In this document: one piece after another, positions 9,968 to 20,363 of the stretch | Numbering within the stretch: the first letter of the stretch is position 1 | Layout of the letters: each line of letters begins with the position of its first letter | IMG/VR virus record: IMGVR_UViG_3300026549_000036 | Source: a virus | Lineage: Duplodnaviria > Caudoviricetes | Direction: 5' to 3' (one strand) | DNA length: 64,000 nt | The notes under the pieces: model-generated | What the model was told of the DNA's origin: nothing | Databases searched by the model: none | What the model saw: the letters and a program-made list of their open reading frames with translations, nothing else | Program-made: the position numbers and the translations under genes

Positions 9968-11785
9968 ATGCCTACAAAATTAGTTACGATTAAGTCTAAA
10001 AGAAAAGAAAATTTTGGTGAACCTGTAGAAGTTAGTGCTTACTACTGGACACCAAAGAATAAATTGCTCGGCGTTCTTTTCGGTCATTTTGCCCCATTCA
10101 CAGGAAAATATGGGCATGCCCGCTTGATTTATGAAGCACAAAAACACGGGATTGAAGATTTCGTAGTTGTTATGCCTACAAATACTTCACCTTTGGATGA
10201 CAACAGAAATTTATTTACTGACGAACAGAAAATAAAAATTGTCAAAGAAGGTTGTAAAGAATTAGGAATTAACCTTCTTGATTGCTGGGTTGAAAATTTC
10301 AGAGTACCAAATGCTGTAATGGGTATGGTTCAAAGAAAGTACCAAGATTACAGAATTGTTGTTTGTTGTGGACCAGATAGAGCCAAGCAATATACAAGAC
10401 TAGCTGTTCCATTTGACATTAACAATACTCCATTTTTAGACCCCGAAGACCCTAACTTTAGAAAACAAGAAATGCTTGTTTGCGAAGACAGAGGTGAAAA
10501 AGAAATTTCAGGAACTAAAATCAGAGACATTTTGAAAAATGGAACTGTTAGTGAATTTACAAAAGAAACAGGTTACTCATCTAAAATGTGGGTAATGATG
10601 AGAAACTTCATTAAAAAGAACGGAATTGTTGAAATAAATGAATCCTTCTTTGAAAAGTATAACAAAGAAAAATACTTGAATGAAGAAATGGTAGATACCC
10701 CTAAGGTCCATATCAAACACTTGTATAACCCAGGTAACTCAATGCAGTTGAAACCAAATGAATTTTTGGAAATTATTGACTGGTTGAAAGCACAGAATGG
10801 TAAATTAGACGATAACATAAATGTTTCTTATTCCGAGAAATGTGATGGATTGCCTTGTAGATTTGGATTGGATAGTAACGGTAGATTCTTCCTAGAACAA
10901 GGTAAATCTGGTCCAATTTTTGACGCTGAAGAGTTCACTAACCGAGACATTGAACGTGTTGGTTTCAAGACTAGAATTAACACAGCTTGGAAAAAGGTCT
11001 TTAGAAAACTTGAAAGCGATAAAAAGATTATGAACATTCTCAAAAAATATAATACTGAGAGTGGTCTAAAGGTTATTGGTGAAGTTTTTATCAACTCAGT
11101 AGCTTTCAAAGGAAGAACAGACGATTTAATTCGTTACATTGGTACTGAGTATTATAAGTCCAAAATGGGTACTTTCTGTTCATTTGTTCTCATAAATGCT
11201 ATTGATGGCGAGAACAATGACCTTGAAAATTTTGAACAGTTGAAAAATGCTTTGATAAAAGTTTCCAGTCCTGAAATTATGTTTGACGATACGAATTACA
11301 AAAATAAATTCGGCGCCATAGATTTCAATGACGAAATTAAAGAATTGGACGATGTAATTAAGGGTCTTGAAAAAGAATTTGGTTCTGATGTCAAGAGCAT
11401 TTTGGCAAATCCTTCAAGAAAGAAGGACGATTTGTCAAAGAAAAAACGCATTAAAGAACTCATTGAAGAATACCAAGGTAAGTTTGACAGAAAGATACAA
11501 AATCTTTTCAATAAGACAGATGGTAAGTGGGGACCTGAAAGAGAAGGTGTAGTTTTGAAATTAGCAAACAACATAATGCTAAAAATTACATCAGATAGTT
11601 TCAAGAAGTTCCAAGCTAACAATAAAAAAGAAAATGATATTTACGGCTTCCAAAAGCACCGCGAATGGATTTTTGGACCAGCTGACGAAGAAGATGAACA
11701 AAATGAAAGTCTTTCTACAGTTGTAAATAATTTTTCTAAAATTGTTGGTGAGTTTATTACTGAAAGCAAACAGTTTAATAAATAG
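9968..11785 (+). CDS. Cytidylyltransferase-like domain fused to a ligase-type nucleotidyltransferase domain
   Basis: GHFAPF...GH, GPDR, ISGTKIR; then SEKCDG (KxDG), GEV, EGVV, LKI. Confidence 0.7.
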   Translation: MPTKLVTIKSKRKENFGEPVEVSAYYWTPKNKLLGVLFGHFAPFTGKYGHARLIYEAQKHGIEDFVVVMPTNTSPLDDNRNLFTDEQKIKIVKEGCKELGINLLDCWVENFRVPNAVMGMVQRKYQDYRIVVCCGPDRAKQYTRLAVPFDINNTPFLDPEDPNFRKQEMLVCEDRGEKEISGTKIRDILKNGTVSEFTKETGYSSKMWVMMRNFIKKNGIVEINESFFEKYNKEKYLNEEMVDTPKVHIKHLYNPGNSMQLKPNEFLEIIDWLKAQNGKLDDNINVSYSEKCDGLPCRFGLDSNGRFFLEQGKSGPIFDAEEFTNRDIERVGFKTRINTAWKKVFRKLESDKKIMNILKKYNTESGLKVIGEVFINSVAFKGRTDDLIRYIGTEYYKSKMGTFCSFVLINAIDGENNDLENFEQLKNALIKVSSPEIMFDDTNYKNKFGAIDFNDEIKELDDVIKGLEKEFGSDVKSILANPSRKKDDLSKKKRIKELIEEYQGKFDRKIQNLFNKTDGKWGPEREGVVLKLANNIMLKITSDSFKKFQANNKKENDIYGFQKHREWIFGPADEEDEQNESLSTVVNNFSKIVGEFITESKQFNK

Positions 11786-11803
11786 TATATTAGGAGAATT
11801 TCT

Positions 11804-13135
11804 ATGATTGGAAAGTTTACAGAATGGGTTAATGCTAATAATATACTAGACGAAGCAAATTTTATTGTTGATGTAAACAAGACTAAAGCTACTGACCACC
11901 ATTCACCAACTTATTTTGAGATAACATATCTTGATAAAATTAAGAAGATTTTGTTAGATGGAAAGCCAATTTTTCTTGACGTTCCAAAGAACATTACAAT
12001 AAATGATGTTACTACTGAAAAATATGATTATTTGACAATTAAAGATTTCAAAGCAAAAGATTTGGAAAAAGCAAAAACATATACTGATTTTTGTAATTCT
12101 TTAAATATGAAATCACAAAAGGTCAGAGCATTACATCTAAATCAAAGTAATTTCGTAAGTCATATTTGGAAAGGTTCTTTCAGTAATCGTGGTAATAGTT
12201 CATCTAAAGGTGGTGTTTTTGAAGTATTGCTTACTAGAGCACTTGAACAATACCAACAAGACCCAAAGAAAGTAGAAGCACGATATAAGACTGCTATTGA
12301 AAAAATCCTTAAAATTATTGGACTAAAAGACAAGTCTAAATTTAAGAAATGGGATGTTAAGAACAATGGTAACAACCGTTCTAAACGATTGAATTCTTTG
12401 TATGCTAATTTGGAATCAATATCTGATATTACCAAATTGGAATTTGAAGAAGAAGAGCATAACATTGGTAAGACAGTTTCCGATTTGATTATTACTGCCC
12501 CAAATGGTACTGAATTTTATTTGTCTTTGAAACACGGTAGCACAAATGAAATTGTAAACTTTGGCGCAGCTAAAATTAGAAAATCACTTGAACAACTTTA
12601 CAATGACTATGTGGCTAAAGGCGAAAAACCAAATTCTATTAACTCATTAGCTTCAACATTCTTAAAGAATTATTGTAAGGTATTTAACCTTAATCTTGCT
12701 AAATTGTTAGCAAGTTATGATTTGGTTAGTAATGATAAAGAGCCACAACTAAAAACATTTGATAAATTAAAGAACACTAAGTGCAGTAACAGTGGTGTTA
12801 TTTCCGAACAATTATCTAAACTAATTGCTTATTGTATCGGCTATGGTTACATTTATGTTCACGATACTGGTAAAGAAATTGAAGTCATTGACATAATGGA
12901 AAATGAAGATTTGGCAGAAATGATTAGAAAATACTCTGGTAACTATAATGTAAAATATGCTTGTGATACTGGTGCTAAAACTGTATTTGATTTTGACTTG
13001 TGCGACAAGAAAGATAAAAAAGACATTTTCATTCCACAGTCAAGATTTGAATTAAGACCAAATGCTGGTGCTGAAATTAACTTGTTCTCATTGAAGTTAA
13101 ATATAAACGCCTCCGAAATGGGTAATAATGGCTGA
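11804..13135 (+). CDS. PD-(D/E)XK-like nuclease-fold protein, probably late
   Basis: GGVFE ... VSDLII ... YLSLK; AATAAATA upstream. Confidence 0.5.
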   Translation: MIGKFTEWVNANNILDEANFIVDVNKTKATDHHSPTYFEITYLDKIKKILLDGKPIFLDVPKNITINDVTTEKYDYLTIKDFKAKDLEKAKTYTDFCNSLNMKSQKVRALHLNQSNFVSHIWKGSFSNRGNSSSKGGVFEVLLTRALEQYQQDPKKVEARYKTAIEKILKIIGLKDKSKFKKWDVKNNGNNRSKRLNSLYANLESISDITKLEFEEEEHNIGKTVSDLIITAPNGTEFYLSLKHGSTNEIVNFGAAKIRKSLEQLYNDYVAKGEKPNSINSLASTFLKNYCKVFNLNLAKLLASYDLVSNDKEPQLKTFDKLKNTKCSNSGVISEQLSKLIAYCIGYGYIYVHDTGKEIEVIDIMENEDLAEMIRKYSGNYNVKYACDTGAKTVFDFDLCDKKDKKDIFIPQSRFELRPNAGAEINLFSLKLNINASEMGNNG

Positions 13136-14000
13136 ATTAGATAAATTTTATACAAACAAAAATATAGCAAAAAATTGTGTAGAAACCCTACACAATTTTC
13201 TTGTCATTGACACAAACGATTGTTTTCTTGAACCTACGGCAGGTGACGGTGCGTTCCTTGATTATTTGACTAACTACGAAGCATACGATTTAAAACCCGA
13301 AGACCCTAGAGTTATTGAACAAGACATTTTTAAGTTCGTTCCTAATAGAACAAATTATATTACGATTGGAAACCCTCCATTCGGTAAGAGAAGCAAACTT
13401 GCTATTGATGTATTCAATACAGTAGCAAAGTATTCTGATGTAATTGCTTTCATTGTTCCAGTATCTTTCTTGAAATATAATGTTCAAAAAGAATTAGATA
13501 AAGATTTTAAACTTATACACAATTACATTCTTCCTGAAAATTCTTTCTTGGATAGAGGAAAAGTTTATGATGTGAACTGTGTATTCCAAATTTGGGTTAA
13601 GAGTGGAACAAAGTTTGATACTCACCCAAACATTAGATTGCTAGAAAGACCAAAGATTTCCTGTGACGATTTTAAGATATGGCAGTACAATGCGACAGAA
13701 AGTCAATTTAAAGTAGTCAATGAAGACTGGACTATTGCTGTGTATCGTCAAGGTTATAAAGATTACAAAAAGATTTTCACTCAAAAAGATAAAGCAACTG
13801 TGATTAGTGAAATGGATGGAAGTTCTACTGGCAAAAAAATTCAATTCTTTTTCATTAAGCCACTGAATGATACGGCAAAATCCATTATAAATAAAATTGA
13901 TTTTGAGAAGTTGGCTAACCGAAATACAAGTACTCCTGGGTTCGGAAAAGCCGATTTCGTAGATTATTATAATGAATTAAAACAGGAACTTGGTTCCTGA
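13128..14000 (+). CDS. N6-adenine DNA methyltransferase
   Basis: DKFYT, LEPTAGDGAF, GNPPFG, FIVP motifs. Confidence 0.9.
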   Translation: MAELDKFYTNKNIAKNCVETLHNFLVIDTNDCFLEPTAGDGAFLDYLTNYEAYDLKPEDPRVIEQDIFKFVPNRTNYITIGNPPFGKRSKLAIDVFNTVAKYSDVIAFIVPVSFLKYNVQKELDKDFKLIHNYILPENSFLDRGKVYDVNCVFQIWVKSGTKFDTHPNIRLLERPKISCDDFKIWQYNATESQFKVVNEDWTIAVYRQGYKDYKKIFTQKDKATVISEMDGSSTGKKIQFFFIKPLNDTAKSIINKIDFEKLANRNTSTPGFGKADFVDYYNELKQELGS

Positions 14001-14019
14001 AAATTTTTGAGGTGAATTT

Positions 14020-14815
14020 ATGATTAAACCAGATGTACATATAGAACTTTGGAACGCATTTAATGATATTAGTTTTAATGAACCAGACCACAAATATACA
14101 GATTCTAAAGGAACTTTGTATCAGTCCGCTACCGGTTGGATAAAACAATTTGAAGCAGATACCGATTGGGAAGAAATTAAGAAAAATAAAGCACAAAAAC
14201 TTGGTATTCCCGTAGAACAATTATCTAAAGAGTGGGAACGCAAAGGTGATTATGCAACTCATCTTCGGTACTCAAGTTCACGCAGTAATGGAATATGGGT
14301 GGCAGAAAAAGAACTATAATTTTGACAAGCGATTGAACAAAGATTTTCCTGAAATGGAAGAAGATTTCAACTACCGCAAAGGTGTATGTAAAGACATTAT
14401 GAATAAGATGAAAAAGATTTATGTACCTATTGCGAATGAATTTATTGTGTATGACCAGGAAAATGCTATATGTGGCACAATAGATGCAATAATGTATAAC
14501 ACTAAAAAAGATGTATTTAGTATCATTGACTGGAAAACATCAAAAAAATTTGACACCGGGAATCAATGGTCTGAATATATGAAAGACCCATTCAATCATG
14601 TTATTAACTGTAATACTTCACATTATTCTCTTCAGTTGTCATTGTACAAATACATTTTGGAAAAATATACTTCAATAAAAATTGGTGAACTTGTTTTATT
14701 TCAAATTCCTGGTAAAGAAAATCCAATGCCTCAAGTATTTCGCTGTTTAGATTTTAGTTCTCAAATTGCTAAATACTTTAATGATAAGAAAAAAGAGAAA
14801 GGACAGATAGGTTAA
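14020..14815 (+). CDS. PD-(D/E)XK (Cas4/RecB-like) exonuclease, +1 frameshift at CGG 14266
   Basis: Join gives GDYATHL-GTQVH...GTID...IIDWKT..QLSLY, about 264 aa. Confidence 0.85.
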
Positions 14816-14918
14816 TAATCTCACCTATTTGGGATAGTGTTTCCACCACTATCCCTAACTTTTATAAATATATTAGTCTATGTGGAAATGGACTATAAAC
14901 TATAAAGGAGATTATATG
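14798..14918 (+). promoter_or_regulatory. Structured RNA leader (3 hairpins, kissing loop, anti-SD) with TATAAATA late promoter at 14863
   Basis: Same architecture with covarying stems at 39329-39442. Confidence 0.75.
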
Positions 14919-15833
14919 TTTCATTGTGAAATTTGTCATAATGATTTTGTGAACATTCAATCATTTGCTCAGCATTTTAAGAAACACCATAATATAACAT
15001 ACGAACAGTATTTTGATGATTATATAGAACCAAATACTGACCATATTTGCCCGATATGTAAATTACACAAAAGAAAATTCTTTAAAGGTAAATATAGACA
15101 AACTTGTGGAAATCCAAATTGTCGTGCTAAGTGTATAACAAAAACTTGTATAGAACAAAATGGTGTTAATAATAATTTTTTGGTTAAAAATGAATGTGGT
15201 AAATGTAAAAGAGATATAACTAATAAAAAGAATACTGGTTATGAACATCCATTTCAAAACCCAAAAATACAAAATAAAGTAAAGAAATACAATAATGAAA
15301 AATATGGAACTGATTATCCATTAGAATCAAAAAAATATTGGGAAGAAAATAAATTATCAAATCCAATGCATAATCCTGATATAGTCAAAAAACTTATAGA
15401 AACAAGAAGAAAAAATGGGAATATAAGTAATAGTAAACGAATTTATTATAAAAATGAAAAATTTGATAGTAAATGGGAATTGGCATATTATATTTGGTTA
15501 GAAGATCATAACATTAAATTTACAAGAGAACCTTTATCTTTTGAATATAGTTATGACGATAAAATACATTATTATGTACCAGATTTTAAAATTGAAGATA
15601 AAATAATAGAAATTAAAGGTCTGCAATTTTTTGAAAATAATGACCCAACTAAAAGAATGATAAATCCCTATGACAGAACACAAGACGATTTATATGAAGC
15701 AAAACATCAATGTATGCTCAAAAATGAGGTAGAAATAATAACAGATTGTACTGAATATATAAATTATGTAGAAACTGTATATGGTAAAAATTATCTAGAC
15801 CAATTCATTAAAAGAAAAAGATTGAAAAAATAA
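14916..15833 (+). CDS. Free-standing homing-endonuclease-like protein (C2H2 Zn finger plus TnsA-like PD-(D/E)XK domain)
   Basis: CEIC..H..H; DSKWE; YVPDF..IEIKG; very AT-rich. Confidence 0.75.
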   Translation: MFHCEICHNDFVNIQSFAQHFKKHHNITYEQYFDDYIEPNTDHICPICKLHKRKFFKGKYRQTCGNPNCRAKCITKTCIEQNGVNNNFLVKNECGKCKRDITNKKNTGYEHPFQNPKIQNKVKKYNNEKYGTDYPLESKKYWEENKLSNPMHNPDIVKKLIETRRKNGNISNSKRIYYKNEKFDSKWELAYYIWLEDHNIKFTREPLSFEYSYDDKIHYYVPDFKIEDKIIEIKGLQFFENNDPTKRMINPYDRTQDDLYEAKHQCMLKNEVEIITDCTEYINYVETVYGKNYLDQFIKRKRLKK

Positions 15834-15856
15834 AGTACAATTTAAAATAATTATAA

Positions 15857-15896
15857 ATGGCGGTGTATTGACATCGCCATTTTCTTTTTGTATATT
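15857..15896 (+). promoter_or_regulatory. Hairpin-embedded sigma70-type promoter
   Basis: ATGGCGGTGT/ACATCGCCAT stem; TTGACA-N17-TATATT. Confidence 0.7.
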
Positions 15897-15903
15897 AGAT
15901 ATT

Positions 15904-16263
15904 ATGGAACTAAAAATTTATTATAAAACAGAAGATAGCGAAGCGTTCTATAAACGAACTTTGCCAGATGAAATTACTTCAATTAACTTGTATTTAAATG
16001 ATTCTGGTGGTGGTCAGATTGAATACTTATATCCACACCCGAATGATGGCAAAAAGATTTCAAGAAGTGATTGTTTGAGCTTTGCCGATGATGGTGTTAC
16101 CTATGTTGAAGTAAATGGAAAAGATAAATTCGTCCTCCGTAATAGAAAAGATTTTATAGCATTTTATAAGTATTTAACAGATTTTGATGTAGATAAGTTT
16201 ATAAAAGATTTTAAGGCTTTTGATAAAGAACAAAATATAAACGAGGACTTTGATGAAGATTGA
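15904..16263 (+). CDS. DF-tail family hypothetical protein
   Basis: Ends QNINEDFDED. Confidence 0.7.
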   Translation: MELKIYYKTEDSEAFYKRTLPDEITSINLYLNDSGGGQIEYLYPHPNDGKKISRSDCLSFADDGVTYVEVNGKDKFVLRNRKDFIAFYKYLTDFDVDKFIKDFKAFDKEQNINEDFDED

Positions 16264-16614
16264 ACAAATTATAACTGACACAACTAAACAATGGTCAGGC
16301 ATTAACTCCCTAATTATACCAGACAGAATCAATAAAATAAATTTATTTTTCTTCGGGATGATAATAAAGACACACTAGCACGATTGTTATTCTGCTATCC
16401 GATGATATGGAACCGTGGTGTTGGGAATAATACTGAAACAATAGACATTATGAAAGGTAGTTACATTGTTGTCAATGACAATAAGACATTTTATATGACT
16501 GACAAACAAGATGTAACTGAACTATACAGTTGGTTGACTGGTACTGATTTCAATAAACGAGTCAAAGAACTTAAAGAGTTCGGAAAGAAACAAAAGATTG
16601 CTAAGGATTTCTAA
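16253..16614 (+). pseudogene. DF-tail paralog of the preceding gene, split by a -1 frame break near 16346-16357
   Basis: PDRINKINLF aligns with PDEITSINLY upstream; continuation lies in the -1 frame. Confidence 0.6.
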
Positions 16615-17039
16615 TGAAAGATTGTAGATTTCTGTTGCCATTTGTAGATGAATTGCGTAAACTGTATCCTGACCATAAGATTGAATGGGTCAGAGATGAT
16701 ACCAATACTGAATACGAAAAGATAAACATTGATGATAAACCTTTCATTTATACAGAAATCGGCCATACAATAGATGAACTTGGTAAAGATAAAGTTGTTT
16801 CAGCAAGTATCGTTGTTGAATTTCAAAACTTATCTTCAGTTTCGGAATTTATGGGTTGGAGTATTGATGACCCCTATTCAGTTATGAATGAAAGAACTGT
16901 ACGATTATCATTGTTCAGTAATCATAAATGTTTAAGGGAAATCTTCAAATTTATTTTAACTGATAGTCCTGAATTAGTCCATAAGCAGATGGAAAATATA
17001 TACAGACTGAGTGAAATGGAAAGAGACTTTTATGAATAA
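16614..17039 (+). CDS. DF-tail family hypothetical protein
   Basis: Ends LSEMERDFYE. Confidence 0.7.
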   Translation: MKDCRFLLPFVDELRKLYPDHKIEWVRDDTNTEYEKINIDDKPFIYTEIGHTIDELGKDKVVSASIVVEFQNLSSVSEFMGWSIDDPYSVMNERTVRLSLFSNHKCLREIFKFILTDSPELVHKQMENIYRLSEMERDFYE

Positions 17040-17412
17040 AGAAGATTTATTTGCGAAAATGAAGTATAGATTAGGAGCTGCATATCCACAATTTACATTC
17101 ACTATTAAAGAAAATGCTTTAGTAATGAATAATAAAACTGCTGGTACTTTTATGGAAGCTCTTTCTGTACCAATACTTAGATATAATAAAGAAAGCGACA
17201 AAATGATATTGTCCTTTCCCAAGATTGTTAGCCCAGGTAAAAACACAAGTTCTCCTGGAAAAGAATATATAACACCCACTATTGACACCTACACCTTAGA
17301 TTACTATAATGTTAGTGAGAATCACATTGACTACATTGTAGAAAATTTGTTGTCAGGTGTTATCCAAAAAGAAGTTACAAAATACGAAAGTATGAAAAAG
17401 GATTTTGAATGA
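17032..17412 (+). CDS. DF-tail family hypothetical protein
   Basis: Ends YESMKKDFE. Confidence 0.7.
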   Translation: MNKEDLFAKMKYRLGAAYPQFTFTIKENALVMNNKTAGTFMEALSVPILRYNKESDKMILSFPKIVSPGKNTSSPGKEYITPTIDTYTLDYYNVSENHIDYIVENLLSGVIQKEVTKYESMKKDFE

Positions 17413-18281
17413 TAGAAGATTTTATTGATGAACAGAAAACTACGAAGGAAAAGGTTCTTTTGGTGGACCTTCATAATCTGAGTATGCGACATCTGTTCGC
17501 TCAAATTCCTGACCCAACTGACATATCTTACTCTGAATATAAAGTCGGGATGCTTATGAGTATTCGTAAACTGGCAAGAACATTTCAACCGGACAGAATT
17601 ATTTTCTGCCGAGAATCACACGATGGTAACTGGCGAAAATCTATCTACGCAGATTACAAAGGTAATCGTGCTGCGGCTAGAGAATCGTCAGTTATTGACT
17701 TTAATTCGTTTTTCCCAATTAACGAAAAATTTATTGAAGGACTTGAGAAATGTATGAAGAACTCTCAATTCTTGACTGTTCCACATTTAGAGGCAGATGA
17801 TTTGATTGCTCTAACTGTAATGAACGAACCTAATTGGGATATTACTTTAGTTTCAACAGATAAAGATTTCTACCAACTTCACGCTTACAAGAATTTCCAT
17901 CAGTGGGACCCGATTAAGGAAGAATACATACAAGTTATGAATCCTGAAGCCGCACTAATGGAAAAGATTGTTTTGGGCGACCGTGGTGATAACATTCCTT
18001 CATTAAAGAAAGGTGTTGGTACGAAAACCTTCGCTAAAATTTATAGTGAGGGCTTGAATGAATGGTTATCACTCAATATGCTTCAGGAATCATTTGACAG
18101 AAACACAAAACTCATTTCGTTTAGATGTATTCCTGAAGAATATAAATCTCAGGTCAAGAATATAATTGAAGACTTTGAGAAACAACCATTTGACGCCAGA
18201 GAATTTTTCAATTTCATTATTGGAGAAGGTCTCGGTGCGTTTATGGATAAAGCAACTGATTTTATTAACACTATGAAATAA
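17409..18281 (+). CDS. rnh: T4-type RNase H / 5'-3' flap exonuclease
   Basis: LLVD, WRK..Y.DYKGNR, EADD, STDKDF, GDRGDNIP. Confidence 0.92.
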   Translation: MIEDFIDEQKTTKEKVLLVDLHNLSMRHLFAQIPDPTDISYSEYKVGMLMSIRKLARTFQPDRIIFCRESHDGNWRKSIYADYKGNRAAARESSVIDFNSFFPINEKFIEGLEKCMKNSQFLTVPHLEADDLIALTVMNEPNWDITLVSTDKDFYQLHAYKNFHQWDPIKEEYIQVMNPEAALMEKIVLGDRGDNIPSLKKGVGTKTFAKIYSEGLNEWLSLNMLQESFDRNTKLISFRCIPEEYKSQVKNIIEDFEKQPFDAREFFNFIIGEGLGAFMDKATDFINTMK

Positions 18282-18293
18282 GGAGACCAGAAT

Positions 18294-19397
18294 ATGGCTT
18301 ACTATTACACTAAAACAAGTATCAAAATGACAAATCTCACCATCGCTTATAATATGGGCGGCTTATTTGACCAGGAAGGACAGAGGGGCATTTCTCACCT
18401 GATGGAACATTTGGTATGCGAAACTTTTAAAGACGAATATCCTGAATTGGCAAAGTACAATGTAGAATGGAATGCTTGTACTGGTTATGATGTAGTAAAG
18501 GTCTATTTCACAGGTTTGGATAAGTATTTCACTCCTGAATGGAAGCGTAGACTTGTGAACAAACTCACTGGTGGTTTGAAAATGAGCAAGGAACGATTTG
18601 AAGCAGAAAAGAAGATTGTGCTTCAAGAATATATGGATTGCTTTAATGAACCAGCAAATTCCGAAAACACAGTAAGACAGAAGTTTGGTTTCTACTCTCC
18701 GATTGGCAAGCGTGAAGACATTGAAGCATTCACATACGAAGATATGCAGGCATATTACGAAAAGCACATGCGTAAGCCAGCAAAGATTGTTGAAGTTGGT
18801 CCGACAAAGACTGATTTCTCTGCTATCCCAATGCAGGAAGAATATGTTGTTCAACCAATGAAGCCAAAGTATAAGAAGGATTGGAAACTCCCACTTGAAC
18901 CAACACCTGAAAACCAAAAGTGCGATGTTTCTTTCCTTTCCAAGAAGGCAGTAAATAAAGCCGATTATCCAGCACTCGCTATCGCAATAAATATGCTTGT
19001 GAATGGACTTGAATCTCCAATGACCCACGAAATTCGTGAAGTCCGTCATTTGACTTATGGTGTATCTGGTGGCACAATTAAATTCATTTCTTACGCTTAT
19101 CCAACCTTTGGTGCTACAACTGATAAGGAAAATAAGGATAATCTTGTGGACGCTTTCAAGTTCTTCTTTGATGACATTGAAAAGCATCTGGACAAGAAGC
19201 GTTTTGAAGATATGATTTGTAAGATTGAAGTTGACCGCGAACACGATAAGATTTTCAAGTACGCAAATGTAGATAAAATCATCAACAAGGGTAAAATTCA
19301 GATTGGTAATGCCTATAATAAGTTGACCTTTGAAAAGGTGGTTGAAATCGCAAAGAAATACTTGAAGACCGAAAATTTTGAAATTATTATTGAATAA
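18294..19397 (+). CDS. M16 family zinc peptidase
   Basis: HLMEH inverted zincin motif, WNACT, EIREVRHLTY. Confidence 0.88.
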   Translation: MAYYYTKTSIKMTNLTIAYNMGGLFDQEGQRGISHLMEHLVCETFKDEYPELAKYNVEWNACTGYDVVKVYFTGLDKYFTPEWKRRLVNKLTGGLKMSKERFEAEKKIVLQEYMDCFNEPANSENTVRQKFGFYSPIGKREDIEAFTYEDMQAYYEKHMRKPAKIVEVGPTKTDFSAIPMQEEYVVQPMKPKYKKDWKLPLEPTPENQKCDVSFLSKKAVNKADYPALAIAINMLVNGLESPMTHEIREVRHLTYGVSGGTIKFISYAYPTFGATTDKENKDNLVDAFKFFFDDIEKHLDKKRFEDMICKIEVDREHDKIFKYANVDKIINKGKIQIGNAYNKLTFEKVVEIAKKYLKTENFEIIIE

Positions 19398-19927
19398 TGA
19401 TTGATGGAAGTTATACATTAAAACCACACGAATTGTGTTTTAGGCGTATCGGTGAATACGCCGAAACACTCGGTTGTAATGTTGTTTATTATGATAAATC
19501 ATTTCACATCTTTTATTGTGGTAAACAACTTTGCCATATTTGGTATAATGACCAGGATATAATGGAGAACTATGGTTCTATTCTTGACAGAGAAATTTAC
19601 TATGTAGATTTAGCAGACCAATATATCCCTTATACTAAATGGGAGAAAGTTTGGTATAACATAAAAAGATTTTTCGGAAAAGCCGAAAATAATAAAGTGC
19701 TTATACATAAGAGGTGTCCTGGTGCTGTAACTAGACGTTTAATTCCTGACCACTATGGATGGGATAAGGAAACAATGGATAGTTATTTAAACAAAGGCAC
19801 CGGAAATTATTACTTAAGCGAAGAAAAACTAAAAAATCTAATTAAGTTCTATGTTACAGAAAATACAGTGAATGAAAAGCTATATTTGAATGGACTTAGA
19901 ATCAAACAAATTAACGAGGATTTTTAA
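19397..19927 (+). CDS. DF-tail family hypothetical protein
   Basis: Ends IKQINEDF. Confidence 0.7.
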   Translation: MIDGSYTLKPHELCFRRIGEYAETLGCNVVYYDKSFHIFYCGKQLCHIWYNDQDIMENYGSILDREIYYVDLADQYIPYTKWEKVWYNIKRFFGKAENNKVLIHKRCPGAVTRRLIPDHYGWDKETMDSYLNKGTGNYYLSEEKLKNLIKFYVTENTVNEKLYLNGLRIKQINEDF

Positions 19928-20361
19928 TGGCAAAAACAATTATAGTCCAGTATTTGAATGATACGATTGAAAAGTTGCAGAAGATTGACAAGGGTGACTG
20001 GATTGACCTTCGTGCGGCTCACGATTACACAATTAAGAAGGGTGAGTTTGTACTAATTCATTTGGGAGTTGCTATGAAGCTACCAGACGGATATGAAGCT
20101 CATTTGGCTCCTCGCTCTTCTACATATTCCAAGTATGGTGTAATTCAGGCAAATTCTGTTGGTGTTGTAGATAACAGTTATTGCGGACCAAGTGACTGGT
20201 GGTATTTCCCTGCTATCGCATTGGAAAAAGATGTTGAAATTAAGAAGGGTGATAGAATCTGTCAGTTCCGCATTATGGAAAAGCAACCAGCTATCAAGTT
20301 CGTTGAAGGCAAAATGACCGACAAAGATAGAGGTGGTTTCGGCTCTACAGGAACTAAGTAA
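19927..20361 (+). CDS. dut: Trimeric dUTPase
   Basis: [29 protein letters not shown]. Confidence 0.96.
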   Translation: MAKTIIVQYLNDTIEKLQKIDKGDWIDLRAAHDYTIKKGEFVLIHLGVAMKLPDGYEAHLAPRSSTYSKYGVIQANSVGVVDNSYCGPSDWWYFPAIALEKDVEIKKGDRICQFRIMEKQPAIKFVEGKMTDKDRGGFGSTGTK

Positions 20362-20363
20362 TT

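Noticed and set aside
18363-19427. 354-aa minus-strand ORF (and the similar one at 27378-28175)
   Set aside because: Antisense to clearly identified + strand genes; explained by codon bias.
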